Source: Octopus sinensis (Eukaryota). From it: DNA of 64,000 nt. Position numbers and translations under genes: made by a program. The notes below the pieces were generated by a model that was given only the letters and a program-made list of their open reading frames with translations, made no database searches and had not been told where the DNA came from. Positions 13,021 through 25,680 of this stretch are shown in pieces. How positions within the stretch are numbered: the first letter of the stretch is position 1; every line of letters starts with the position of its first letter. Location: positions 124,558,001 through 124,622,000 of the forward strand of contig NC_042999.1 of the NCBI RefSeq assembly GCF_006345805.1, in the 5' to 3' direction.

Positions 13021-13250
13021 CGGCGAGCTGGGAGAAACGTTAGCGCGGCGGGCAAAATGCTTAGCAGTATTTCGTCTGCCGTTACGTTCTGAGTTCAAAT
13101 TCCGCTGAGGTCGACTTTGCCTTTCATCCTTTCGGGGTCGATAAAGTACCAGTCACGCACTGGGGTGTTCGATGTAATCGACTTAATCCTTTTGCCTGTC
13201 CTTGTTTGTCCCCTTTATGTTTAGCCCCTTGTGGGCAATAAAGAAATAAG
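13021..13250 (+). mobile_element. SINE family B
   Basis: GGCGAGCTGG..GAAACGTTAGC..GAGTTCAAATTCCGC..GACTTTGCCTTTCATCCTTTCGGGGTCGATAA. Homologs lie at about 16455, 42440, 47155, 47433 and 48070, with an inverted partial at about 16290-16420. Confidence 0.8.
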
Positions 13251-13775
13251 AAACAGCATCCAAATCTACATCTTACTTCTTTATAAAAGATACATTGGAT
13301 AATGTGATTTTTGTCTTCCCTGCAAACACAAAAAAAAAAAAAAATCAGTATGGTCAGAGTTGGAATGGTCTTCTCTTTCATGTCTAATTTGGAGTTGAAC
13401 AACTGCAAGAATAACTACCACCTTCAAAGCCCATGAGGAAGCCTTTACATGATTGCTTCCTAGAAATAGCAACCAACTAATTTACCTCAAATCACCTCCT
13501 GTTATTTTTAAAATAAGAAAGATACATTGTATAATGTAGCCCTAGATACACTGAGTTTGAATTTGTGCTTAAACACACACACAAACACACATACACATAT
13601 ATACATATATTCATGTGTGTGTACTTATATATTTATCTATATATCTATCCATCTACTTAGATACATACACACACACACACACATATACACACATTTATAT
13701 ATAAATTTACATAAATATATGTGTGTATATATATGTGCATGTGGGGGGGGTACACATACACACATTTATACATAC

Positions 13776-13826
<51 letters not shown>

Positions 13827-13899
13827 ACATGCATGAGTGCGTAGGTGTAGTGTGCATGTCAACTTGATCAGAAATGACCTGGAGCTGAATATTTTTCCA

Positions 13900-14769
13900 C
13901 CATCACCATCAACACCACCAATACTACCATCATCATCATCATCATCATTACTATCAATGACCATCACTACCAACATAGCACTGTTATACCCATGCTTTCT
14001 CTGGGACCTCCACCACAAACATCACAACCATCACATCTGTCTCTAACTTCATCACCATTACCATCATCACTAGTACCATCATCAATGCTACCATTATAAA
14101 TACCACTATACCATCCCTACTACCACAACTGTCATCACCATTATCTTTACTAGAACAACCATTTCTACCATTACCAACATGACCAACCATCAACACTACA
14201 ACAACCAATGTCACTGAAACACCACCAGCCTAACTACCATTATCGTCACCATCGTACCATTGCTACCACCATCACCATTCCCATACTTCTATCTTCATTA
14301 CCACCAATACCATTACTACAACCATCTCCACCATCACAGCCTCCACTACTATCACAAACATCATCATTGCTACTACAGCTACTGTTGTCACCAACAGCTT
14401 CAATACTAGTCTCCACCACCATAACCATCACAACCACTATCACCTCCACAACCACCACCACAACCATCACAGCCACTATCATTTCCAAAACCGCTATTGC
14501 CTCCACAACCACCACAATCATCACCACCACCATCACCTCCACAACCACCACTACCACAACCATCAAAACCACCATCATCTCCACAACCACCACCACCACT
14601 ACAACCATCACAACCACGATTACCACCATCACCTCAACCTCTACCACCACTACCACCACGACTAATACAACCACAACAACCACTACAACCACCAGAAGCA
14701 CAATCACCACCGACCACCACAACTACCATAACCACAACCAACAATCACCACTACCAGCTGCTGCTGCTG

Positions 14770-14821
<52 letters not shown>

Positions 14822-14830
14822 CCATCATAC
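13900..14830. repeat. (ACC/CAT/CTA)-rich low-complexity tract
   Basis: Cryptic trinucleotide simplicity; the Thr-rich and Val-rich ORFs are by-products. Confidence 0.85.
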
Positions 14831-16454
14831 CACTACTATAAGCAAACATGAACTGTGGCTAATATTCAGTGATCTAGCAGACAATCTACAACTCTAACCA
14901 GTGCCAACCTAACACACTATTAAAGTCGGCCACTTAAACTCTACACCTGCTAGTCTAAAGAAAAACGCAGCAGTAGTATTCCAGCCCATCATACCACTCT
15001 TAACATATTAACATACACCACACAAATATATACAGCTCATATCATACTTTCACTTTCGTTTTCTCCTCTTCCTTCCTTCTTTCTTTCTCTTTTTCCTTTC
15101 TTTCTCTTTTTCCTTTCTTTCTTTTTCTGTCTATAACTGTTTTATTTTATTTTGTGTTCCTTGTTACTGCGGGTGTTATTTTTTTATATATAGAGTTGTT
15201 TTTTCTGGGGTTCTTTTTTTCATATCTATTTTTTGATTTTTTTTTTTTTTTGTAGAGTTAGGGGAAGTGTCTTTTGCAGCAATCAAACATTTTTTTTAAT
15301 TTTTATTCAAAAGAGTTTAAGGTTGCTTTTTCTTTCAATTTTTCAGAAAGGCATGAACTTCATAAATTCCTCAATATTACATTTTCATCTATAAAAAACA
15401 AAATAAATCATTTGTGCATGACTTTGTATATGTGCATATGTATGTTTGTATATGTGAGTTAATGTGTGTGCATCCTTGCATGAGAAATGTAAAAATTATT
15501 GTTATTATTATTGTTATTATCATTAATGAAGTGGTAAGTAAAGTGGTAGAAATAAATTCTATATATTGTTAATTGATGACTCTATCTTTATGTGTTCAAA
15601 TCCCACCAGACATAATATTGCCCTACTTCCCACCAGGGTCAATAAAATAAGTAAGTACAAATCAGAAAGCAGGGTTGACTGAATTCACTATGGTCCTTCC
15701 TCCTCCAAAAATATATGTGAAATATCCATGTTAAAGACCCATAATCAGGCTGACAAAATAAGGCTTTGTGCAGTAAAATAAATAACAGTAATATACTGAA
15801 GTTAATTCAACTCACAATAGAACTCTTTGTGTTGTTGGCAACAGACTAAATGCCTTACAGTATTTTGAATTTATTCCTCTACATTCTATATTCAATTCCA
15901 ACCAATTTTGATTCTACTACTCACTTCTCTCTGTTGGTTCAAGTAACTATACATTGCCCTGCTTTGCCTTCTCTGCAAATTTGTGGCCCTTTTGTCAATG
16001 TAAGAAATCCTTATTCAAAGGGCCACTATATGTATTGTGAGAGTATGATCAATGCCTATAAAGGTCCTCTCCGGTTTGTAGGCCTAGGCAAGGTTTATTT
16101 TTATGGAAAAGCAGCAATTGCCTACACATATAGGTGTCTTCTCTTTTCACTAATGTTGTACAAGGCTGGTGTCAAGGGCTGGTACAGCCTGGCAAGAACA
16201 TCCTCACAGCTGTTGTCATCAGAACATGAGGTGATAGCACAGATACAACAAGGCTTATAGTCTAACACTAGCAATTATATCATTCATCTGCCTTAGACAT
16301 GTACATTATTTATCAACCCTGGAAGGATAAAAGGCAAAGTTTGCCTCAGCAGGAATTGAACACTGAGGGCAAAAACCCAGAACAAGTAAATGCCAGTCAT
16401 TTTGTCCACCTCATAATGGTAAAAAAAAAAACATCATTGCTCTATTGGCAAATT

Positions 16455-16650
16455 CTTTAGTGTCAGACAAAAGGCCATGTGGTATTTAGTTACATCCCTT
16501 TATGTTATGAGTTCAAATTCCGCTGGGGTCAACTTTGCCTTTCATCTTCACAGAGTCAATAGAATAAAGAACCATTGAAGTAATGGGGTCGATTTAATCG
16601 ACTAACCCCTCCCCCAAAATATCTGGCCTTGTGGCTATGTTAGAAACGAT
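16455..16650 (+). mobile_element. SINE family B
   Basis: GAGTTCAAATTCCGCTGGGGTCAACTTTGCCTTTCATC core. Confidence 0.75.
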
Positions 16651-17242
16651 TATTTATAAATAGGTCAGGCAGTTTATCAGAAATGTTATAACAGCAAACC
16701 AAGAACCTCTCAGAGTTCTGTTCTATGTAGAAACCTCTCCTAAAATGGCTTTGCATTTCATACCACTAGCATCCATACAGTAAATATCATTGATATACTG
16801 TCTTTCAATGTGCCGGAAAGATAGTATATTAATCTCCCTTCCTTTGGTGAACTTAAGAAAACCATAATGAAAAGTAGGGTAGCCGTTTATTCTGTTTTAA
16901 TTTCAGTACGAAACCCTTCAATTTACCAACACCAATGATGTTGTTGGGAAAAGCATGAACGTCACAGCTTGATACTTTTCCCATCCTAAAAACATTAATG
17001 TTCATGATGGTTATTAGAAAGAATTATTTCTCTTATTAAAACTATTTCCTTCCCTTTATGTCATTAAACTCTTTCGGAAAGGCATAAACGCCGCAATTCA
17101 TTTTCTTCTCCTAAAGAAATTTATCCTCCCAGACTAAGTAATAAACTATTATTATCATCATGGTTTCTCTTTCCTCTTATTTTTAAACATAAAGATTTTA
17201 TTTACATACATATATACATATGTATGTATATGTATGAGTGAG

Positions 17243-17279
<37 letters not shown>

Positions 17280-17454
17280 TGCACACATGTGTGTGCGTAT
17301 GTGTATGTATGTGTATGTATATGTGTATGTATATGTGTGTATGTATATGTGTGTATATATATATGTATATATGTATGTATGTATGTATGTATGAATTTAT
17401 GGCGTTCTTTGTTTCTGTTTTTTTTATTTTTGCTTTTGCTTTTATTTATTATCG

Positions 17455-17539
<85 letters not shown>

Positions 17540-17540
17540 T

Positions 17541-17760
17541 TCCCCGGATTTATTCTATCGCTCCCATAATTCTCTCCGCATATAAACCATTTGTTGCGTG
17601 TTTGTTCCAAGGTGAATTCGTAGTGGAAAAGCAAGCAGAGATGACGTCACACACTGACTGTAGTAGATTAACGTACGCAAATTGTTCTCCATCCACCACT
17701 AGTTACCTCCCTTACATCTTATCATAGCCTGCTGCGATTCTTGTTAGAGGATTGATACAA
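17541..17760. promoter_or_regulatory. CpG-retaining unique segment with a perfect CRE palindrome and a TATA-like motif
   Basis: TATAAA at 17581-17586, TGACGTCA at 17642-17649, about 10 CpGs in about 200 bp against a CpG-poor background. Confidence 0.3.
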
Positions 17761-18254
17761 TAATTATAGTGAACAATTGCTTTTAGTTGTTTTATTATTT
17801 CTTTTCTTTCTTTTTTTCTTTTTGTTTCATTGCACTCAATTCCTTGTTACCATTTTTAGTTTCCATTGTTCTAATTTTTGCCTAAGAAACTATTGTTGTA
17901 TGTCACACATGCATGCAATAACATAGTCATGTCTATATACTAAATTCCATATTTCCCAATCTTGCCATTATTTTTTTCTTCTGTTCATAATGGAACACGT
18001 GCACGAACACACTATGTATGTGTGTATGTATGTATGTGTGTGTGTGTGAGAAAGAGAGAGAGAGAATTATGTACGTGTGTGTTTGTGCACGTACGTACGT
18101 ACCTATGGATGTATATTTGTATGCATGTGTATGTATATGTGTATGTATGTATGTGTGTGTATGTATGTGTGTATGTATGTATGTATGTATGTACGTATGT
18201 AAGTGTGTGCGTGTGTGTGAGAGAGAGAGAATGTATGTATGTATGTAAATGTGA

Positions 18255-18635
18255 GAGTGGAGGCGCAGTGGCCTAGTGGTTAGGGCAACAGACTCATGGT
18301 CGTGAGATCGCAGTTTCAATTCCCAAACTGTGTGTTGTGAGTGTTTATTTAGCGAAAACATCTAAAGCTCCACGAGGCTCCAGCAGGGGGAGGGGTCCTG
18401 CTGTACTCTTTCGCCACAACTTTCTCTCACTCTTTCTTCCTGTTTCTATTGTACCTGCATTTCAAAGGGCCAGCTTTGTCACACATTGTGTCACGCTGAA
18501 TCTCCCCAAGAACTACATAAAGGGAACACGTGTCTGTGGAGTGCTCAGCCACTTACACGTTAATTTCATGAAAAGTGTTCCATTGATCAGATCAACTGGA
18601 ACCTTCATCATCGTAACTGACGGAGTGCCACAATA
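18255..18635 (+). mobile_element. tRNA-derived SINE family C (second copy about 20244-20623)
   Basis: GGCGCAGTGGCCTAGTGGTTAGGGC..GTTTCAATTCCC head. Homologs lie at 24280-24466 (3' half) and 44341-44725 (minus). Confidence 0.85.
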
Positions 18636-18665
18636 TATGAGAGAATGTATGTGCGTATGCATGTA

Positions 18666-19582
18666 CAGGGGTTGGACAAAATAATGCATCATAGCATCAT
18701 AATTTTGAAATATCTATAAAACCGTCAAAAGCATGTTTATTTTTACATTTTTTTTATTTATTATTAGTGTTGCTTAATATGTTTTGTTAAAATTACTGTT
18801 TCTTTTCAGATATCATCAGAAAAAGGTAAATAAAATTCATTAAAATGACAGATCTCTCAGACTTTCAAAGAGGTCAAATTGTTGGTGCTCATATGGCAGG
18901 CGCTAGTGTAGCAAAAACAGCCAAAATGTTTGGTGTATCAAGAAGTACTGTCTCGAAAGTAATGGCAGCCTTTGAAAAAGAGGGGAAAAAACCTCCTTGT
19001 CAAAACAAAATTCCAGAAGAAAACCAAAACTTTCAGATAGGACCATCAGATGCTTACACAAATTGTTAGAAAGGATCACAAAAGTACAGCTCCCAAAATT
19101 ACTAAAGAAATTAATGAGCTCTTCGAGAACCCAGTTTCCACAAAAAACTGCTTGCCAGGAGCTGCACAAAGCCAGATTTCATGGGAGGACTGCAATCAGA
19201 AAACCATTACTTGCAAAAACAAACGTTGCAAAGCATTTAGAGTGGAGTAAAAATGTACAGAATTAGTCCCTAGAGCAGTGGAAGAATGTTATTTTCTTGG
19301 ACAAATCATCCTTTACCATATTTCCGACCATTGGCCAAGTATACATGTGGAGACAGCCAAAAGAAGCATTTGACCCAGACTGCCTTTTTCCAACTGTTAA
19401 ACATGGAGGAGGATCTATGATGATCTGGGGGGGTTATATCTTGGAAATGCACCAACCCAATGGTTTCCCTTCATGGCAGAATTAATAGTCAAGACTGTTT
19501 AAGCATTTTATCTGATCAAATTCCTCCTGTGGTTGCAGAACTGTTTCTGGAGGGAAACACAATCTTTGAGGATGATAATGCA
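18666..19582 (+). pseudogene. Tc1-like transposon, left half with frameshifted transposase
   Basis: TA|CAGGGGTTGGACAAAATAATG terminus, HTH MTDLSDFQRGQIVGAHMAGASVAKTAKMFGVSRSTVSKV, then RKPLL, TVKHGGGSMMIWG, ending at FEDDNA. Confidence 0.9.
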
Positions 19583-19637
19583 TATGTATGTGTGTGTATG
19601 TATGTGTGTGAAAGTGTGTATGTGTAATGTATGTAGT

Positions 19638-20008
19638 GAAGGTGCAAGGCTCAGTGGTTAGAGCATCGAGTTTACAATCATGAGGTTATGAGTTCGATTC
19701 CTGGACCAGGCTGTGTGTTGCATTCTTGAGCAAGACACTTTATTTCACATTGCTCCAGTTCATTCAGCTGCAGAAATGAATTTCAACGTCACTGGTGCCA
19801 AGTTGTATCGGCCTTTGCCTTTTCTTTGGATAACATTAGTGACATTGAGAGGGGAGACTGGTATGCATGTGTGACTGCTGGTCTTCCATAAAAAAAACAA
19901 TCCTAGGTGGTGCATTTACCGGTGAAGCGACTTTCCACCCAGACTTGTACCCTGGAGAGGAACCTCTTAGGTGCTCCCATGGTCATTCGTGACCGACAGA
20001 GTCAAGTT
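19638..20008 (+). mobile_element. tRNA-derived SINE family D (second copy about 21626-21996, partial about 47627-47760)
   Basis: GGCTCAGTGGTTAGAGCATCG..GAGTTCGATTCC head followed by CTTGAGCAAGACACTTTATTTC. Confidence 0.85.
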
Positions 20009-20653
20009 TATGTATGTATGTATGTATGTATGTGTGTGAGAAGAGAGAGAGAGAATTATGTACGTGTGTGTTTGTGCACGTACGTACGTACCTATGGATG
20101 TATATTTGTATGCATGTGTATGTATGTATGTATGTATGTATGTGTGTGTATGTATGTGTGTATGTATGTATGTATGTATGTACGTATGTAAGTGTGTGCG
20201 TGTGTGTGAGAGAGAGAGAATGTATGTATGTATGTAAATGTGAGAGTGGAGGCGCAGTGGCCTAGTGGTTAGGGCAACAGACTCATGGTCGTGAGATCGC
20301 AGTTTCAATTCCCAAACTGTGTGTTGTGAGTGTTTATTTAGCGAAAACATCTAAAGCTCCACGAGGCTCCAGCAGGGGGAGGGGTCCTGCTGTACTCTTT
20401 CGCCACAACTTTCTCTCACTCTTTCTTCCTGTTTCTATTGTACCTGCATTTCAAAGGCCAGCTTTGTCACACATTGTGTCACGCTGAATCTCCCCAAGAA
20501 CTACATAAAGGGAACACGTGTCTGTGGAGTGCTCAGCCACTTACACGTTAATTTCATGAAAAGTGTTCCATTGATCAGATCAACTGGAACCTTCATCATC
20601 GTAACTGACGGAGTGCCACAATATATGAGAGAATGTATGTGCGTATGCATGTA

Positions 20654-21570
20654 CAGGGGTTGGACAAAATAATGCATCATAGCATCATAATTTTGAAATA
20701 TCTATAAAACCGTCAAAAGCATGTTTATTTTTACATTTTTTTTATTTATTATTAGTGTTGCTTAATATGTTTTGTTAAAATTACTGTTTCTTTTCAGATA
20801 TCATCAGAAAAAGGTAAATAAAATTCATTAAAATGACAGATCTCTCAGACTTTCAAAGAGGTCAAATTGTTGGTGCTCATATGGCAGGCGCTAGTGTAGC
20901 AAAAACAGCCAAAATGTTTGGTGTATCAAGAAGTACTGTCTCGAAAGTAATGGCAGCCTTTGAAAAAGAGGGGAAAAAACCTCCTTGTCAAAACAAAATT
21001 CCAGAAGAAAACCAAAACTTTCAGATAGGACCATCAGATGCTTACACAAATTGTTAGAAAGGATCACAAAAGTACAGCTCCCAAAATTACTAAAGAAATT
21101 AATGAGCTCTTCGAGAACCCAGTTTCCACAAAAAACTGCTTGCCAGGAGCTGCACAAAGCCAGATTTCATGGGAGGACTGCAATCAGAAAACCATTACTT
21201 GCAAAAACAAACGTTGCAAAGCATTTAGAGTGGAGTAAAAATGTACAGAATTAGTCCCTAGAGCAGTGGAAGAATGTTATTTTCTTGGACAAATCATCCT
21301 TTACCATATTTCCGACCATTGGCCAAGTATACATGTGGAGACAGCCAAAAGAAGCATTTGACCCAGACTGCCTTTTTCCAACTGTTAAACATGGAGGAGG
21401 ATCTATGATGATCTGGGGGGGTTATATCTTGGAAATGCACCAACCCAATGGTTTCCCTTCATGGCAGAATTAATAGTCAAGACTGTTTAAGCATTTTATC
21501 TGATCAAATTCCTCCTGTGGTTGCAGAACTGTTTCTGGAGGGAAACACAATCTTTGAGGATGATAATGCA
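20654..21570 (+). pseudogene. Duplicate copy of the Tc1-like fragment
   Basis: Same ORF fragments as 18666-19582. Confidence 0.9.
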
Positions 21571-22139
21571 TATGTATGTGTGTGTATGTATGTGTGTGAA
21601 AGTGTGTATGTGTAATGTATGTAGTGAAGGCGCAAGGCTCAGTGGTTAGAGCATCGAGTTTACAATCATGAGGTTATGAGTTCGATTCCTGGACCAGGCT
21701 GTGTGTTGCATTCTTGAGCAAGACACTTTATTTCATATTGCTCCAGTTCATTCAGCTGCAGAAATGAATTTCAACGTCACTGGTGCCAAGTTGTATCGGC
21801 CTTTGCCTTTTCTTTGGATAACATTAGTGACATTGAGAGGGGAGACTGGTATGCATGTGTGACTGCTGGTCTTCCATAAAAAAAACAATCCTAGGTGGTG
21901 CATTTACCGGTGAAGCGACTTTCCACCCAGACTTGTACCCTGGAGAGGAACCTCTTAGGTGCTCCCATGGTCATTCGTGACCGACAGAGTCAAGTTTATG
22001 TATGTATGTATGTATGTATGTGTGTGAGAAAGAGAGAGAGAAAGAATGTTTGTACATGTGTGTATGTATGTGTGTGTGCATGCATATATGTATGTGCGTG
22101 TATGTGTGAAAAAGTATGTATGTGTATGTATGTATGTTT

Positions 22140-22695
22140 GTGTCAGGTCACTTTTGAGTGCTACTGGTAACATGTAACCCAGTACAACCTGTTGCATGGT
22201 CGGGTCGTCGGTGACTAAACTGGCAACCCCACCAGGCTTGCTTGGTGAGGAGGGTGTTTATTGGACATCCTGCGGGATGAAAAACAAAACTTGTCAAAGG
22301 GCGGAGGAACACTTGAGAGTCAATAGCCATCCAATAAATGTCTTAAGGCTGGATCATGCACGGGGACATAGAAATAATCGGACTGAATACCCGATCGCGC
22401 GGTTAAACCATTGGGAATGAAGGACTCCTAGCCTTTGTTAGTGCATCCTTGTAGGAGAAGGTAACTCAGGTAACTGGGATAACTCTGATATAAAACCTGC
22501 GGCTCAGTGGTTACCGATGATGTTGACTTGTTCTTCTTTTCGGATTATGGCTGCTGTTGTTTAGTGAGTGGGATTGACTCAGTGCACAGCCTTTCCCCAC
22601 TTTAAAAAAAATCTTCTTGCACAGGCATTGCATGATAACAACATTGACTAAGCTTCGTGCAATGGCTATACTCAATAACGAGGGGGCAGCCACCA
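22140..22695 (+). mobile_element. Short RTE-related non-autonomous element (5'UTR-like body, RTE-like 3' end)
   Basis: GCCTTTGTTAGTGCATCCTTGTAGGAGAAGGTAACTC resembles the motif at 58070-58105 in the full RTE 5' UTR. It is GC-rich and ends GAGGGGGCAGCCACC followed by (ATGT)n. Confidence 0.5.
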
Positions 22696-23779
22696 TGTAT
22701 GTATGTGTGTGTGTGTATGTATGTATGTGTGTGTGTGTGTATGAATGTGTGTGAAACTATGTGTATGTATGCTGGTGTATAAATTTGTGTATATATGTTG
22801 GTATGTATGTATTAACACACATTTATATCTACATGTCTGAAAATGTATATAAATACACACACACACACATAAATATAAATGTACATTAATACATGCAAAC
22901 ATACATACACATAGTTTCACACACATTCATACACACACAGACACGCACTTATACATATATAGATATGCATTAGATATAGATACAGATATATAGATATGTG
23001 TGTTTGTTTGTGTGTGTGTATGTGTGTGTGTGTGTGTGTGTGTGTTGATATATTGTGTGTTTCTGTACATGTGTGCATATATGCAGGCATACATGCATGT
23101 AAGGTTTAATAAGAATAAATTCACTTCGTAGGTACGTGGTCTTTGGTTCAGCTCCACAGTAAAACTCACTTGGCAAGTCTTCCACTTAGGCTTCAGGGTG
23201 GCTAAAGCCTTGTGAGTGTAATGTGGGGGCAAAAACTGCATTGGAGCCTATCATATATGAAAAGGTGCTGCAAAAGTTCTGGGCTTTGGCTAAAAAAAAG
23301 AATACAGGAGGATCAGTTAATTATGATTTTCTCCAACATATTCCTCTTTCATGGGGAATGTGTGTGTGTACTAGAGCAAACATGTTATCTCTAAGATAGC
23401 ATGCTTTACATTGATTTGATATCATCATCATCATCATTGTCATCATTTAACTTCCATTTTTCATGCTGGTATGGGTTGAACGGTTTGACCAGAGCTGTCA
23501 AGCAGGAGAGCTGTACCAGGTTCCAGTCAGTTGCAGTTTTTACCTGTTTTTACCTCTGTTGACAACCAAAGGTATTTCTGATTGAAAGGAAGATTATATG
23601 ATGCATGTATACGAACAGCAATGTTACATAGTCATCAGGCATGGGCCCTGAATGTAGAGGATATATGAAGGCTAGGTGGGGGAATGTAATAAGTATGCTC
23701 TGGTAGATGTGCAGTGGAAGTGTACATGTACAATAGAGTGCTAGTGTATTGAGAGAAGAGTTAGGCATAAGAGAAATTT

Positions 23780-24240
23780 GATGCAACATGGAAGAGAGAA
23801 GATCGCACTTGTTTGGCCATGAGATGCAGATGGATGTAGACAGCTACATAAATAAGGTCTAATCATTTACAATGGATGGAACAAGAGAAAGAGGGTGACC
23901 AGGATGACATTGGATGAAATAATGAAGGCTGATCTCAGGACACTGAGCCTTATGATGGACTAAGATATCTAATAGACTGAGACATCTAATAGACTGAGAT
24001 CCCCAATGGACTGAGATATCTAGCACCTTGCTGTACTCAAAATTTCCCACCCACCACACCAAAATTTTTAACACTCCTCCACCAGCTGTAGAGGTTTTTG
24101 CCTTGCAAGAGCCCTTGTGTGGTCCATATAAAAAGCACCCATATTTGTCCACATAAAAAACACCCAGCACATGCAGTAAAATGGTTGACATAAGGAAGGG
24201 TATCCAGCTGCAGAAATCATGCCAAATGAAACTGATATTG
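23780..24240 (+). mobile_element. Decayed RTE LINE 3' fragment
   Basis: Frame approximates LFGHEMQMD...RERG*PG/MTLDEIMKADLRTLSL, followed by the AGGAAGGGTATCCAGCTG 3'UTR motif. Confidence 0.65.
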
Positions 24241-24689
24241 TATCACATATTCCTATAGTGTATACTCAGCTGGCAAAAGTAAGTTGTACCTGTATTTTAA
24301 AGGGCCAGCCTTGTCACACTTTGTATCATACTGAATTTCCCTGAGAGCTACATTAAGGGTACACGTGTCTGTGGAGTGCTCAGCCACTTGCATGTTAATT
24401 TCACGAGCAAGCTATTCTGTTAATCGTATCAGCTGGGACCCTCGTCGTTGTAACTGATGGAGTGCTCTTTTTTTTTTTTATATAAGGATACATATGCATA
24501 AGTATGCATATGTATACATATGGCATGCATGAGGGAAGAACACTGGCAAGACATGCAACATGAAAGAAGTTCAAATGTCAATAGCAGAAAACATTAAATA
24601 GAGTTATAAGATGAAATGCAATTATGTTGAAAGAAACATATGTTTATAAAGCAATGAAAAATTATTACCTAAATATTGACAATAAAGTT

Positions 24690-25170
24690 TATATAAGAGA
24701 GTGCATAGTGGTTGTTCAAGGTTTGAGGGAGAGAAAATGAAGCAGGGAAAGATTAAGAGAAGGCTTAGAAGGAATGAACTTGTGGAGAATGAGGGAGTGT
24801 TGCTTTTTGTGTGTGTGGTTTGTGGGAGGAGGTGCTTGAGTCATGCGGGCCTGGTCAGCCATCAAAGAACTCACAGGAATCAACAAATGGTAAATTGTGA
24901 TTTACCATTTGCAACATGTGGAAAGGTGTGCTTCTCAGTTGGAGGATTGAAAAGGCATGTCAAAAGAGTTCATACTCTGGCACCAGTTTCTTCTGCCAGC
25001 CAGCACAGCTGTGCATTATGTAACAGAATGTGCAAAACTTTCAGCTGGCTCAAGAGTCATACAAGGTCTTCACATTACATCAACATTGATTCATTTCAAT
25101 AACTTTTGATTTTTTCTGGTAATGGCTTTGCTCATATATGAGAAAGCAACCAAGATTATATATATATATA
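24690..25170 (+). mobile_element. 5'-truncated RTE-type LINE 3' end encoding three C2H2-type zinc fingers
   Basis: CVVCGRRCLSHAGLVSHQRTH, (F)ATCGKVCFSVGGLKRHVKRVH and CALCNRMCKTFSWLKSHTRSSH follow an RTE-like basic helix (GCSRFEGEKMKQGKIKRRLRR). Short 3' UTR, then (TA)n. Confidence 0.7.
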
Positions 25171-25339
25171 TATATATATATGAATGTATGTATGTATATA
25201 TTGGCCTGCTTGCCTAGTCAGCTGGGTGTCATCATTTGAAAGTTAAAACAATACAAACCACATTGTGACCAGCAATGTATAACAACATTCAATAGTCTAG
25301 TTGATATGATGATACCATGATATATATATATCATCATCA

Positions 25340-25680
25340 TCAGGATCATCATTGTTTAACATCCATTTTCCATGCTAGCATAGGCTGGACAGTTCAACCG
25401 GGATCTGGATAACCAGGAGGCTGCACCAGACTCCAGTCTGATCTGATAGTGTTTCTACAAGTGAATGCCCTTCCTAACACCAACCACTCTGTGAAATTTT
25501 TATGTGCGACCAGCACAGGATCCAGAGGAGGCTGGCAACAGCCACGATCAGCTGGTGCTTTTTACGTGCCACCAGCACAGAAGCCAGTCAAGGCGGCACT
25601 GACATCAGCCACGTTCGGATGGTGCTTTTTACGTGCCACTAGTATGGGTATCACAACTACAATTTCCATTTGATTTTCAT
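25340..25680 (-). mobile_element. RTE 3'UTR fragment with internal repeats
   Basis: Same family as 45158-45960, with the CATCATTGTTTAACATCC tail junction. Confidence 0.75.

Larger units (their letters stand above)
18014..21996. repeat. Tandem duplication, unit about 1988 bp, near-identical copies
   Basis: Matching ORFs are offset by 1988 (18845/20833, 19297/21285, 19907/21895). Only about 3 differences were seen outside microsatellites. Confidence 0.97.

Noticed and set aside
13277-13319. Apparent 43-nt minus-strand exon with strong splice sites
   Set aside because: Overlaps a dispersed repeat (CAGC..CCAAATCT..GATACATTGGATAATGT) that recurs near 4500 and 13470-13560.
14208-14897. 229-aa Thr-rich mucin-like ORF (also 56302-57148)
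   Set aside because: (ACC)n-type simplicity is open in several frames and on both strands; no signal peptide or folded domain.
15850-16260. 136-aa non-repetitive plus-strand ORF
   Set aside because: No recognisable motif and no convincing start or splice context; cannot be supported without a search.
18255-18340. tRNA-like heads (also 19638, 35439, 43864 and others)
   Set aside because: A/B boxes are present but there is no complete cloverleaf, and each continues into a SINE body.
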